A stretch of 63,614 bases of DNA, the filler included, from Sphacelaria rigidula (lineage: Eukaryota): NCBI GenBank assembly GCA_964200075.2. It is 6 parts of 6 records of this genome, joined end to end, with 100 filler letters (N's around TTAATTAATTAA, not from the genome) between each part and the next. Parts side by side here need not be neighbours in the genome. Positions count along the whole stretch, not along the records: positions 1 to 10,520 come from CAXNAA020006346.1; 5 more parts are not named here. One strand, 5' to 3'. Position 1 is the stretch's first letter; every line of letters begins with the position of its first letter. This document shows positions 1 through 10,620 of this stretch, piece by piece. The notes beneath the pieces are model-generated. The model had not been told where the DNA came from and did no database searches. It saw nothing but the letters and a program-made list of their open reading frames with translations. The position numbers were made by a program, and so were the translations under genes.

Positions 1-316
1 ACCCTCAAAAACTCCTAGCTACGCATACAATCTTGTCATATAAATGCTACTCCACGTGACGCACTGTACCCCAAGCCAATCAAAAGCTGTAGTAGCGGCA
101 GGTACACGCAGCCATTCGGGTACAATCATTTCACCCCCAACCCGCGGCGGCAATAATACAAACACACATTCGACTAGAATCCTTCCATACCCGCTGGTCG
201 TTTCTGGGGACCATCTGCATATCAACAACGAAACTAGTTTTAATTCAGTACCTCGGTCATTTACCATCACATGTTCCGAATTTCCCCCGGCCCGGCTTTT
301 CAAACGTAAATTCGTA

Positions 317-773
317 ATTTTTTTCTTGGAGTTGGACAGTGAAATTTGGTATGGACAATCATTAGGGCATGAAAAAAAGCTGTCTATGAGGTCCCGATTT
401 TTTTTTTCAATGAGTTAAGGGCGATAATCAGTTTCGAGGTTTTAGTAAAATATCCTTAACTAACGAAAAAAAAAAACTTCGGGACCTCACAGATAGCTTT
501 TCTTCATGCCTTATCAGAGGTATCTCAAACTCGGCTCCCGGTATCCTGGTTTATTCGTTGGCTCTGAATTATGTATTATTTTTCAAGTGGAAGTGATCGC
601 GATTTACGGGAGAACCTGACCTGGCGGTCAAAGGGTCTCATCAGTTGATGAATCGGCATTACGATCACTCGAAAAAGTAGAACGAAACAAGCCAGGATGC
701 CGCAAGCCGAGTTCGAGATATATTCTATCGATTGTCCATACCAAATTTCACTTTCCAACTTCAAGAAAAAAAT
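317..773. mobile_element. Palindromic MITE (outer element), interrupted by a second MITE
   Basis: Arm ATTTTTTTCTTGGAGTTGGACAGTGAAATTTGGTATGGACAATC (317-360) is the inverted complement of 730-773. The internal part GGTATCTCAAACTCGG...CCGAGTTCGAGATA recurs at 52250-52458. Confidence 0.75.
365..510. mobile_element. Nested PIF/Harbinger (Tourist-like) MITE
   Basis: Inverted arms GGGCATGAAAAAAAGCTGTCTATGAGGTCCCGA / TCGGGACCTCACAGATAGCTTTTCTTCATGCC, with TTA on both sides (362-364 and 511-513). Confidence 0.7.
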
Positions 774-799
774 GCTCTATCTCCTTCTTTTTTCCCTCA

Positions 800-1093
800 C
801 ACTTTGAACCCCTCCCCTTCCTCGGGATGAGTCCGTCGTCGCAAGGGATCAACCCATCTCTCCCCCGGTACGTGCCGTTCATTTTTGGACTCGCGGATTA
901 GGTCAACACTTCTGCACCGTGTCAACGCACGTCACACAAATCCAGGCGACTACTTCGTTTACTCACGTTCTCACGTTTTCCACGGTGGATATTATACATA
1001 ACGAAGAAAAGACCCAACGCATCGGGAATCGAACCCCGTTCTCTCCGCCCTAATGGCGAAATTCGGACCATTACACCACCGGGGCGCGGCGGC
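800..1093 (-). mobile_element. tRNA-derived SINE, family A copy 1
   Basis: Minus-strand head has Pol III A box TGGTGTAATGG and B box GGTTCGATTCC. Colinear homolog at 12750-13048. Confidence 0.8.
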
Positions 1094-1287
1094 TACTACT
1101 GCAAAGTAGAATCTGCTTGTAGCCTGACCCCGCCTGTAAGTTCGGGCGAATTCAATTTTTTGGCGCTAACAGGAAATAATGTGGTAAGTTGATGGATAAA
1201 CCAAAACCTTTCGCTGCTACCGTCAAGAATTTATTCATGAAGTGTAGAAATTAGGACTCCTTGGTATACTTCCGACTCTTACGCTAC

Positions 1288-1410
1288 TTCGAATGTATCA
1301 CAAAACCTCCATAAAAAAATGCGTTTTCTGATAAATGACCAAAAACCCATTTATTATGTGATCAGAAAACGCGTTTTCTCAGAGGAAGTTATGTGATGAT
1401 ACTTTTCGAT
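1288..1410. repeat. Imperfect inverted repeat (MITE remnant)
   Basis: TATCACAAAACCTC...AAAATGCGTTTTCTGAT pairs with ATCAGAAAACGCGTTTT...GAGGAAGTTATGTGAT. Confidence 0.5.
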
Positions 1411-1694
1411 AACCCAAAGTTATCACAAAATCGTGATGTTCTTTTAACCTTGGGCGATCGAAAAATGTTATTGAAAAAGCGTTTGAACACACGTCACAGC
1501 CCACGACAGCACCTGTGATGGCTTGGCTGCCATCACTACTACTGTCGCTGGTGCTCGCGGGCATTCAGCGTGTTGCATGATTGTCCTTCGCTTGCCAGTA
1601 GCGTGGTGGCCCTTTACCCCATGAGAACAGCGGAGGGCAAGGTCGATGACAAGTGCTGTACTAACAGGACAGCAGACTATGTAGTCGGTACAAT

Positions 1695-2145
1695 ATATAG
1701 CTCTGTCCAGATCTGTGCACCTAGCGTGTTGCGAACGGCCGTCGCAAAGCTTTACAGACTGCCCACGCACTCAAGCCTTGTAGAGACAGGGCCGGACTGA
1801 CGGTACACACAAGACTAAAAGATGGGTGGTGCTACTCTGTAGTACATCCAATGCATACAACACAGTACTGTCTGTACTGTTGTCCGTGCTGCCCGTTCAA
1901 TCGAGTACTACGGTGCAGCGACATTGCAGCTCAGTTCAGGTCTGTGCATGCAGCGTGTTGCGGGCAGACCTCGCTTTGCAGTACAGACTGCCTACGCACC
2001 AAGTCTTGTAGATACAGGACAGTACTGACAGTGCACCCAAGATTATGGATAATGCTACTGTTGTAGTACTACAGCCAATGCAGATATTACAGCACTGTCT
2101 GTGCTGTTGCCCTTGCTGTCCGTACGATCGAGTACTACGGTGTAG
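1695..2145. repeat. Diverged tandem duplication of a unit of about 230 bp
   Basis: AGCGTGTTGCG...TACAGACTGCC..CGCAC..AAG.CTTGTAGA.ACAGG...CTGTCTGT.CTGTTG...TCGAGTACTACGGTG occurs twice in tandem. Confidence 0.65.
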
Positions 2146-2487
2146 CCGAAGAGCCCAACCGTCAGCTCTACAGTCACTTGGTACAGCAAGGTTGTGTTCT
2201 TCTTGCTCGTTGATTGCGTCACGCAGCCCACCGTGTATTGCTCGGTCAATATATTACAGAAGTACAAAGAGACAGTGCGGACCGTACACCACGACACGAC
2301 AGCAGAGTGCTGTGTCTCTCTCGCGCGCCTCAGAATTTGACATTGTGCCCACACGCCCTGTAGCGAACGATGGACACTACTCTTCCAATGTTGATAGCAG
2401 CAATCACGTAAGAAGGGCTCCTTCGAAATTTTATGTTGAAAAACGTGCTGTCGAAAAACGGCTTTTTGGATACATGAGAAGTAGCCT

Positions 2488-2725
2488 AAGGCCGCTTCTT
2501 CTTATGGCCTGAAAACGAAATCTCTGAGAACTGCCGTTTTTATCCTTTCATCGCGGAATCCGAGCGGAATACGAACCTTGGCGAATTGGGCGTCCTCAAC
2601 TAGATATGCTCAGCTTTTGATATAATAGCGCATTTTTCCAATCATTCGGCGCCCAGTTTTGTTTTTGGCCAGGCTCCCGATTTTTTCAGTCGCCGCAAAA
2701 ATACTCGAGTTGTCCGGAAAAATTA
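2488..2725. mobile_element. Diverged partial copy of the Harbinger-like fold-back element at 39869-40220
   Basis: TAAGGCCGCTTCTT...GAAATCTCTGAGAACTGCC...GCGGAATACGAACCTTGG...GATTTTTTCAG...GAGTTGTC aligns by eye with 39867-40100. Confidence 0.5.
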
Positions 2726-2897
2726 CTGTTTCCCCGACAGCTTGATGATTTTCGCTGTGACTGAATAAACCGGGGATCCGCCCCCTCTCCCAAAAGAAAA
2801 ATCGGGCCTACGAGAAATCGAGGAAATGCTGTAAAATCCTTTCAGAAAACATGGCAAAGCTTTCAGAGGACGCCCGATCCATGTAGAAGCATGATCG

Positions 2898-3245
2898 GTC
2901 GCCCCGGTGGCTCAGTTGGTGCCCTCGAAACCGTCTGACGGTTGGTCAGTTCAAATGTCAGAGCGATCTAGGATTTTTTCTCACAATGCCCAACAATGGA
3001 GAGCGACTGTGTCGAGCGTGCACAAAATTCGCCTTCATGGTCGACGAGGGAAAAGGACTGCTGAACCCCTGTCGCGATGAAAAAAATAGGCAAGCACCAC
3101 AGGAGTAAGGTGGAGAAGTAAAGCAAAAACAAAAAAAAATCCTGTGATGGCCTTCCTCCTGTGTGACCCCGGCTGGTCCGCCCACATATACCGAAAGGCG
3201 TGGACGGACGTCCAGAATAAATGGGATGGCTACACGATAACACAT
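2898..3245 (+). mobile_element. tRNA-derived SINE, family B copy 1
   Basis: tRNA-like head GCCCCGGTGGCTCAGTTGGT (A box) and degenerate B box AGTTCAAAT. The body is homologous to the inverted copy at 33017-33293. Confidence 0.75.
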
Positions 3246-3544
3246 ATCCCACGATTACCATCCCAATGGGTCAGGGATTTTCCGCATGACTTTTGGAAGG
3301 GAAATATTCTGACCCTCATTCTCGTCTACCCACAAGCTATGGGAACCAGCCTTCAATGACCAATTTCATGGAGGGGCTCCTAAAACTTGGAGCAACACGA
3401 CGATAAGGGGCCGGACATTTCCCAACATTGCAAGAAATCTTCAGCAAGAAATCTGACGAACTTTGAAGAAGACGTCAATCTACGGTCGTTTTTTGACGGT
3501 TGATATCGTTTTGTTCTCGCATGATGCACTTCTATGATACTTGG

Positions 3545-3895
3545 GCACGATTTTTGGCAGCTAACAGAGAATATCGCCACCACACGTCTTCGACACTTTG
3601 CATCGCCCCACCGGGAGGGGTCTAGCCCACTTCTCCGATTCACTCGACTCCGATATTTCGAGAACGGCCTCTTGGGAGAAACACGGCAGGAAAAAAACAA
3701 GCGGTGTCTGCAGGTCGGTAAAGTACGAGCAGATACTTCATTTTGTTCCTACCGCAATTGTGTCGAAGAAGCCGTTCTTGAAACTTAGGAGTCGAGCGAA
3801 TAAAAAAAGTGGGCTAGACCAGTTCCGGTGGGGCGATGCAAAGTGCCGAAGACTTGTGATGGCGATGTTCTCTGTTCTGCGGCCAAAACAGTGTA
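3545..3895. mobile_element. Imperfect palindrome of about 350 bp (fold-back MITE)
   Basis: AACAGAGAATATCGCCACCACACGTCTTCGACACTTTGCATCGCCCCACCGG pairs with CCGGTGGGGCGATGCAAAGTGCCGAAGACTTGTGATGGCGATGTTCTCTGTT. Pairing continues to a centre near 3720. Confidence 0.75.
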
Positions 3896-5394
3896 TCGAA
3901 TATATCAAAAGTGGTGAATACAAGCCCACAAAAATACGCACCGTAAGAATCGCCTCCTTGGAAACTTGACCAAACTTTATGATCGTGCAAATCCCGACGC
4001 GAGAAAAGGAACGGTGAAAATCTTCATGCTGTGATTAATCTTCGCCGGAAAGTATTACCCGAAGTACTGCCTTCCGTGTATTAGGAGAAGATTTGAAGAC
4101 GGTACAATCTCGGAACAGTATTCATAAAACGTGTGATGCATGCGGTGCCCACTTCTACGGGTCGGGAGCCAAAAGTCGACAAGGGCTTCGTACAAGCAAT
4201 TTTAATAAGTTTATGAGAGCAGCCTTGTTTCTTTCATGTTGTCAAGTTACGACATGTCCGATATTTTTCATAAGCCCAGATCGCTCTAACGTTTTCTTGT
4301 ATGATTCTGTTCCATCTTTTCATCGCTACTTCCCTGATTTTTTACGTATTGATGATACGAATCATGTGACAACAATTCAGCTCGTAACTGCAAACTTTGG
4401 CCTCCGCATAACGGTTCAACCGAATATTTTGTCGCTGGCCCAGCTCGTATTCGTTCTCCGACATGCCCATCTTGCGGTTGATGATCGGAGATACTCCCCC
4501 GTTCCTGCAGAGGATTTGTTCTCTTCACTTCACGAAGACTCCGTTTCGAGTGGCCACGTTTACGGGGTGCGGTGTTGATAGTGTAACTGTGTCGTATTCA
4601 TAGCACGTTTTGTAGATGATGTACCTGACGTCGAGCTACGGCTCTTCTCCTCGGTCCTTCCTCCCCTTGCACTGCGCCCACCCACATTTCCCCTGTGACT
4701 ACTGGCGCTTAATCCTTTTCGGATGGGGGACACGGAGCGGACCCAGCCTGGCGCGTGGTGTTACTATGCATCCGCGAATATAGTAGGGGCGTTCGTTGTT
4801 GTTTGTTTATTGTCGAAAGTCAAGATGGGGTGAGGGCTGGAGAACTTCAAGTTGATTGCCACGATGGGGTGGGGAGAAGGGCTTTGGTTGATGGCCATAT
4901 ACTGCATAAGTATGTCAAAGCCGCATGTACGATACCTCTGAAGGGGTTGAGTGGGTATACACTGCATGTTGTTCGGTATATATATACTGTCGAAGCTCTC
5001 CGTTTTTATGCTGCTGTACGTGAAGATGGCAGGGAGGGGGGACCTGACGTCGTGGATGACCACGATAGACGCCTGCATAAATAGAACACGTATCCTGTCA
5101 ACAGCTTGAATGGATCTACGGGATGATCTTGAAAAGAGTTCGCGACTTGTTGGTAGTTATACTCATGACCGAGTACAGAACCTTGCTCACCAGCAAAGGA
5201 GCATCCTGAGGCCGGCGTATGTCCCTTTTCTATTTTTTCGGGGGGAGGGGGGTATATATTGTTCGTGTCATGTCCTTAAAGCGGTAGAATAATGTGATGC
5301 AAAGAGAGGAAGCATACACGACATGATCAGCTGCGAGGAAAGCTTCATGTTGCTGACTCCAACGTGTTGGAGACATTGACACCTGTCCAAATGC

Positions 5395-5565
5395 TGGACC
5401 TTGATGTAAGGTACCTCGCGCAACCTGGTGTAAGGTACCTTACAGAACCTTGTGCAAGGTACCATACAGGACCTTGTGCAACGTACCTTGCAGGACCTTG
5501 TGCAACGTCCCTTACGGGACCTTCCACGACCTTCCAGGACCTTGTGCAGCGTACCTTGCGCAACC
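5395..5565. repeat. 24-bp minisatellite (CAGGACCTTGTGCAACGTACCTTG-like)
   Basis: About 6-7 degenerate units, which translate on the minus strand as xRYxAQGP repeats. Confidence 0.75.
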
Positions 5566-8063
5566 TCCACCTTGCCAAAGGTGGATAACCTACCTTGCCG
5601 GGCCAGGTTGCGGAAGGTGCCTGCAAGGTCCCGGAGCCTCCCACCAGTGGCCACGTGTGTGGTAATATACTGATTTTAGTATTGAACCTTATGTGCGCCA
5701 TTTCTCTAGATAGATAACAAATTGGGTAAAACTGAGGGTATGTATCGTATCCCCGTGCTCCAGGGAAGGTTCACACCAAGAATCGTCATCATCCGCTTGA
5801 TCGATCGTTCGGGGTTTCATATAGATTTTGGTGTGGACGCTATCTCCGCTGGGTATAGGAACTATCCATGGGGTTTACTCGACGAGAGAAAAATGGTCCA
5901 GATTTTTGAGCAGATGGGCACCTTTCCCTTGATTAGACGATTTATACGAAAAGCGGATCACGGCCCAACTCGTCTGTGTCGTTGAGATACCGCTTTGAGA
6001 ACTTAAATCCGTTTTTAGGCTGGCCCAGCTCGTAGTTTTAGCGGATTATCACCGAGTCATGTTGGAGGTACTGAGCAAGACACAATCGCCTGTATATACT
6101 AGACAATGTTCGGGTCAGCGGCAAACTAAACGGAGTGCAGTAGCAGTACGAAAGAACTGCTACGGGAGTGAGTCACGGGTGCGTGGTTTTTGCGATTCAA
6201 AAGTCATGCCGCGGTAGGGGTTGCACATATGGGCTCAGATGTTTCTCACTGCTAGGGGGGTCTTGAAGTTAGGAGTTGCACAGGGATTTGGATCAGAACG
6301 TTGTCGTGTCAGAAGAAATTCGAGATATCCCTACAAGTAGCCCATCAGAATGCCAGTCGTGGCGTGCTCTCATACCTTTAGAAGTCATTCTTTGGATGAT
6401 AGAGAGCTTGCGAGAATTCAACCGCGAGAATTATCTCGTGTAACTCTAGCGTGGCATTTCTTGAAGCGATATTCCAGAGGCCTGCTTAGGGTCACCCGGG
6501 TGGTCGTCTGCCGCAGCTGCTCTTTCCTACAGGCGCTCATCGACTAGTTCTGCACGACTAAAGTAGGGGGCCAACCTTCCCTCCCAGCGGTATCCGTGAT
6601 AACCCTTTTGACCGCCAGGGTACTGTACGTCATCTGGGTGATGGCGTGCTTCATCGAGTGGAGAACGTACAGACACAGCAGATGACCTGCTATCGCGGTC
6701 AAAGGTTTAAGGCCGACTGAGGCGTTCAATAGAGTAACCAAGCTTCGCCTTCTAACGAACACGCCGTTGTTTCGTCTTTTTTTTTATTCTCACCACACGC
6801 TTTACCCATCCTCTTCCCGAGGACGAGTCCGTGGTCCCCCGCAGGATCATCCACCCCTACTCCAGCGCACGCCTGACATGTAGATCTTAAATCTTCAAAC
6901 CACGGTAGGGGGCTGCATATTTGGGACCAGCACCTCCTCACTGAGGAGCTCCTAGAGTTGGGAGCTGGGCAAGAATTTGCGTCAGGATATTCCCGTTCGA
7001 AAATGTGTTCAATATAGCTGTGGCCCATCGGAATGCTAGTCGTGGCATGCTCTCGCCTATTTCACGAGTCGTGTTTTGGATGAGATGGAGGGCTACCAAC
7101 ACTTCAATCCTGAGAATCTTCGTACAACCCCACCGTGGCATGACTCTACGGCGGATTGGATGAGCACCGCCAAAATGCCTTGACAATCGTCAAATGTGCT
7201 TCAACTACTCACGTCCCCGCGATTCACCGACGACGGATATAAGATCCTCGGAACGAAGAACGGATGTGCAATTCCAACCGTTTCGTTCCCACGGAATCCA
7301 GTAAGCGACATATTCGTAAGATTCAGAGCGTAATAAAGGATTCGGAGTGGATGCTCTAGCGTCCCTAACAGGCAACGTTCTTTTTTTGTTTTGCTTGAGC
7401 ACACGTCCTGTGCATGCAGCTACCGTACAGTACCCCATTCGAGGAATTCGGCGGTCTGCTTGGTGAAATACCGCACAAAGCATTTGTACGCCTGGGGGAG
7501 GCATTTTGGCCTGAAACTGTTTCAGGCACTAACCGGTTTCTCCTGAAAGAGGGCATCTTTTGTTGCAATGGGCTGACTAAGTCGTTGCGATTAAGTGATG
7601 TGTCAAATTGATCGTGTAGGTGACAGCTTTCATTGAAGTCACCGCTTCACCAGCTGGGCGCATTATTACTCCTCTAACTGTGGCGATGTCAAAATCGACG
7701 AGAAAGTCGATTGTTTCAGGTCTCACTCTGAATTCGATTTTACACTCTGAATCTCACGAATAAAGTGCTAGTAGTGTGCGTTGGATCACCGCGGCGCGTT
7801 CGTAAGCTCAAATGGTACGGTAAATCCCTGTGAGTCCATCACGATAGCGCCACATGGCACCACCTTCCAACACCGCATTCGCGTTCACTTCGCACAATCA
7901 TTCTCCTGCGATGCATGCTGTGGTTCTCGTTTATGTTCGTAACCCCATCTTGGGAAAGCGAGCCGAGACACAACATGGGAGGTGCCGAGACCCACATCTA
8001 CAGCCCATCAGTAGTTGTTCCCACAGCGAGAAATCCCTGTTGAATGCAGCGCTATTCGCTCAC

Positions 8064-8223
8064 CATCGTATTCGCATTCAGGCTTGTTGAGCTCGTCGTC
8101 GCAGAGCCCATCTCCGATTCGGTCCTTCTCCCCGCTGATGCAGTCCGCAAGCTGCGCAACGAGCACGCTGAGAGTGCTGGCTAACAACAGGAAGCACAAG
8201 CCAGCCACGCCAAATCGCACCAT
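8064..8223 (-). CDS. Exon 1 of a secreted or membrane protein with an N-terminal LNR (Lin-12/Notch repeat) domain; remaining exons not found in this contig
   Basis: ATG plus hydrophobic signal peptide MVRFGVAGLCFLLLASTLSVLVAQ, followed by C-x6-IGDGLCDDELNKPECEYDG (LNR pattern GDGxCDxxxNxxECxYDG). Ends at donor G|GTGAG at 8063. Confidence 0.75.
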
Positions 8224-9460
8224 GAGGGCCTAGCGCAGTGGTGTTGAGAAATTGCTTGTCGGTCGGATAAATTACGTTCAAGATCTTCCTGCGACAAGTG
8301 AAGAAATAAATGGGGGCGTTCAAAGTACAGTCACCTAGACAACACTAGCGGGTTAACGAACGAGCATGATCACGTCAGACGTTCAACAAGCAAGTGTAAC
8401 AGTGATTCATCGATCGAATCGGTTTTCCGATATTTGAGAGCTGGCCAGAGCGTGAGTTAAGCGGGCAGGGCATGTACGTGGCACGGGAAGCGAAAATATG
8501 TGGGCCTCAGCACAAAAGAGTATCCACACCTGGTTCTGAACCAAATTTGACAAAGAATCCTGGAGAATGGGGTTCATCTCTGAAATAAGATTCAAGAGGC
8601 ATATCTTTTTTGCAGGGATGACGCGAAACAGTTACACAGAGCGAAACCATCTCTTCCCTCAAAGGTCTGCAGCAGTGAAGCAGTTGTGGCTAGGTACACA
8701 GAACGAATGCGGTGTACACGCACGTCCATGATGATATCACCAGAGAGAGAAGCAACGACAGAGAGGAAGCTCCTCGCCCGTGTCCTTCGTATGTCCTCGC
8801 TCGGTGATTACCAATCGCTCGAGAGACTGGCATCATGGATATTTCAAGCATGTACCCAATTTCTCATGTGCCGGTAAGGATGTTATTATTTTGCTGCGCA
8901 CAGCTCCCCGAAGAACATCGAGGTGCGTAGGTATCTCGTCTCTCCTTGTCTATGGAGCTCACCAATGCGAAGACCGATTTCTCTCTGCCTCTCTTTCTGG
9001 ACAGGACGTGCCTCTGTGCACTGAAAGCATGTTGAGAAACAGGGCGATGTTTCCGTCACCGCTACTGTTCTCTGTCACACACATGCCAGCAAGGACGGTG
9101 CTGCTGCGGCAATAACAGATCCCATTTGAACTTGGGGAGTGCCATTCATCGTTGATTTTACTTGACATGTGACCATCTGGGTGCCTGACCACAAGAGCGT
9201 GCGACACGCCAGTTGGGTGTACTCATGATCATGCGTGCCATAGTCATAGGACCATTGAGTGCGACACGCCAATTGGGGGGGGGGCGTATGAGGGATCAAA
9301 AACTTGTGGAGACCTTCTCAACATGCGGAGTGAAAAAAGAAACCTCGACTGGTGACCCCAGTGTTGCTAGCGTGGTGCAGAGGGGTGCGCCCATGCCGCA
9401 ATCTGGAGCACACACTGGCTGCGTGAACCCCTCGGTCCACTACGTCCGCGGCAATTCGTT

Positions 9461-9780
9461 CACCCCCCTAAATTCTCTGTTTCGGTCAACGTTTCGAGCC
9501 TCCAAAGGAATTAAACGCCTCCGAAAGGGTGGGATCAAATGCCTCCGGAGGATTATTTGCCTCTGGAGGGCCGCGCATCCCTCCGGAGGAGTTTGGAGGA
9601 TGCGCGACCCTCCAGAGCACCATCATTTTTGGTACTTTCGAGGGATTCCGACCTCAGAAGTCACTGGAGCATCAGATGCCCTCCAGAGGACTCGTTTATG
9701 ACCGCACCTGGGGATGAATACCCTCTAGAGGGTATTGTACCCTCGAGAGGCAAATTACGATAGAGGATTTTTATGGGGTT
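9461..9780. mobile_element. MITE-like element with internal CCTCYRGAGG palindromes
   Basis: Ends ACCCCCCTAAATTCTCT / AGAGGATTTTTATGGGGT with TTCA and TTAG flanks (degenerate piggyBac-like). Many CCTCCGGAGG / CCTCTAGAGG units inside. Confidence 0.45.
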
Positions 9781-10520
9781 AGCCGCATGGCCACATGTGT
9801 AGCTTTCCAGAATCACTTCCGATGTGAGGGGGTCATGCATAACACGCCGTGGCGAGATATGACCTCACGAGGAACAAGAGTGCTTTACAATCAAACGCTT
9901 GTCGTTGCATTTGACACCCACGCCATCAACCGCCGACTACAAAGGTATTGCGGCTTTCAAGCAACGCTGGCGGCGGTACGGCAGGCAAAGCCGATCATAG
10001 CTAGCTTTTGTTGCTCCACTATACTGACTGCCGTTTGCACAGAGGCCACCCACCGTAACAACATGTTCGCAATAGCTGTAAAAGCAAAACTGTTCTATTT
10101 TCTCAACCACGTCCACATGATTGAGAGGACTCTTGTTACCTGAAGGAGATGCCCCCCCCCCCCTCCCCCGCCAGGTATAAAAGAACGACGACAGAGTTTT
10201 TGCAAGTGCATGTGACTGACGGGGGAACAAAGAGTTTCTCCTCTTTGAAAATCCGCGTTTTCCCACCTGCAGATCGGTTCATACGTGTTGCCTTCTAATG
10301 AGAACATTAAACTGTCGATTTATGTTCAATTCGTACTGATTGCCGTATGTCAATGCCAGCAAAGTTCAACAGGGGATTCTATAAAATGAGGTTGATCAAT
10401 AAAATGAGGTTTGAGGAGGCTAGCCAGTATGGGACAAAAACCCGAGGGAAGTACCGTCCGCAAGTGCCTTCGATCGATAAGGGGGAGGGGGGGGCGTACT
10501 CATTTGATGCTTGCCTTAGT

Positions 10521-10620
10521 NNNNNNNNNNNNNNNNNNNNNNNNNNNNNNNNNNNNNNNNNNNNTTAATTAATTAANNNNNNNNNNNNNNNNNNNNNNNN
10601 NNNNNNNNNNNNNNNNNNNN
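10521..10620. other. Artificial contig linker (N44-TTAATTAATTAA-N44)
   Basis: 100 nt, with stops in all six frames; identical at five positions. Confidence 0.98.

Larger units (their letters stand above)
3260..7750 (-). pseudogene. Long decayed coding-like element of unknown class (transposon- or virus-derived)
   Basis: Protein-like minus-strand segments broken by stops and frameshifts, e.g. WNRIIQENVRAIWAYEK, HLLKNLDHFSLVE*TPWIVPIPSGDSVHTKIYMKP and SYIEHIFEREYPDANSCPAPN. Internal duplications at 6195-6480 / 6885-7165, and a YELGQ motif at about 4440 and 6030. No recognisable family motif. Confidence 0.3.

Noticed and set aside
1020..1093. tRNA gene (also at 12975-13048 and 2900-2960)
   Set aside because: A and B boxes are present, but there is no complete cloverleaf or acceptor stem, and each continues into a shared dispersed body. 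These are SINE heads.
10565..10576. Recurrent TTAATTAATTAA motif spaced about 10.6 kb apart, as a biological periodic signal
   Set aside because: It is always embedded in N runs of fixed length, so it is a synthetic six-frame stop linker.
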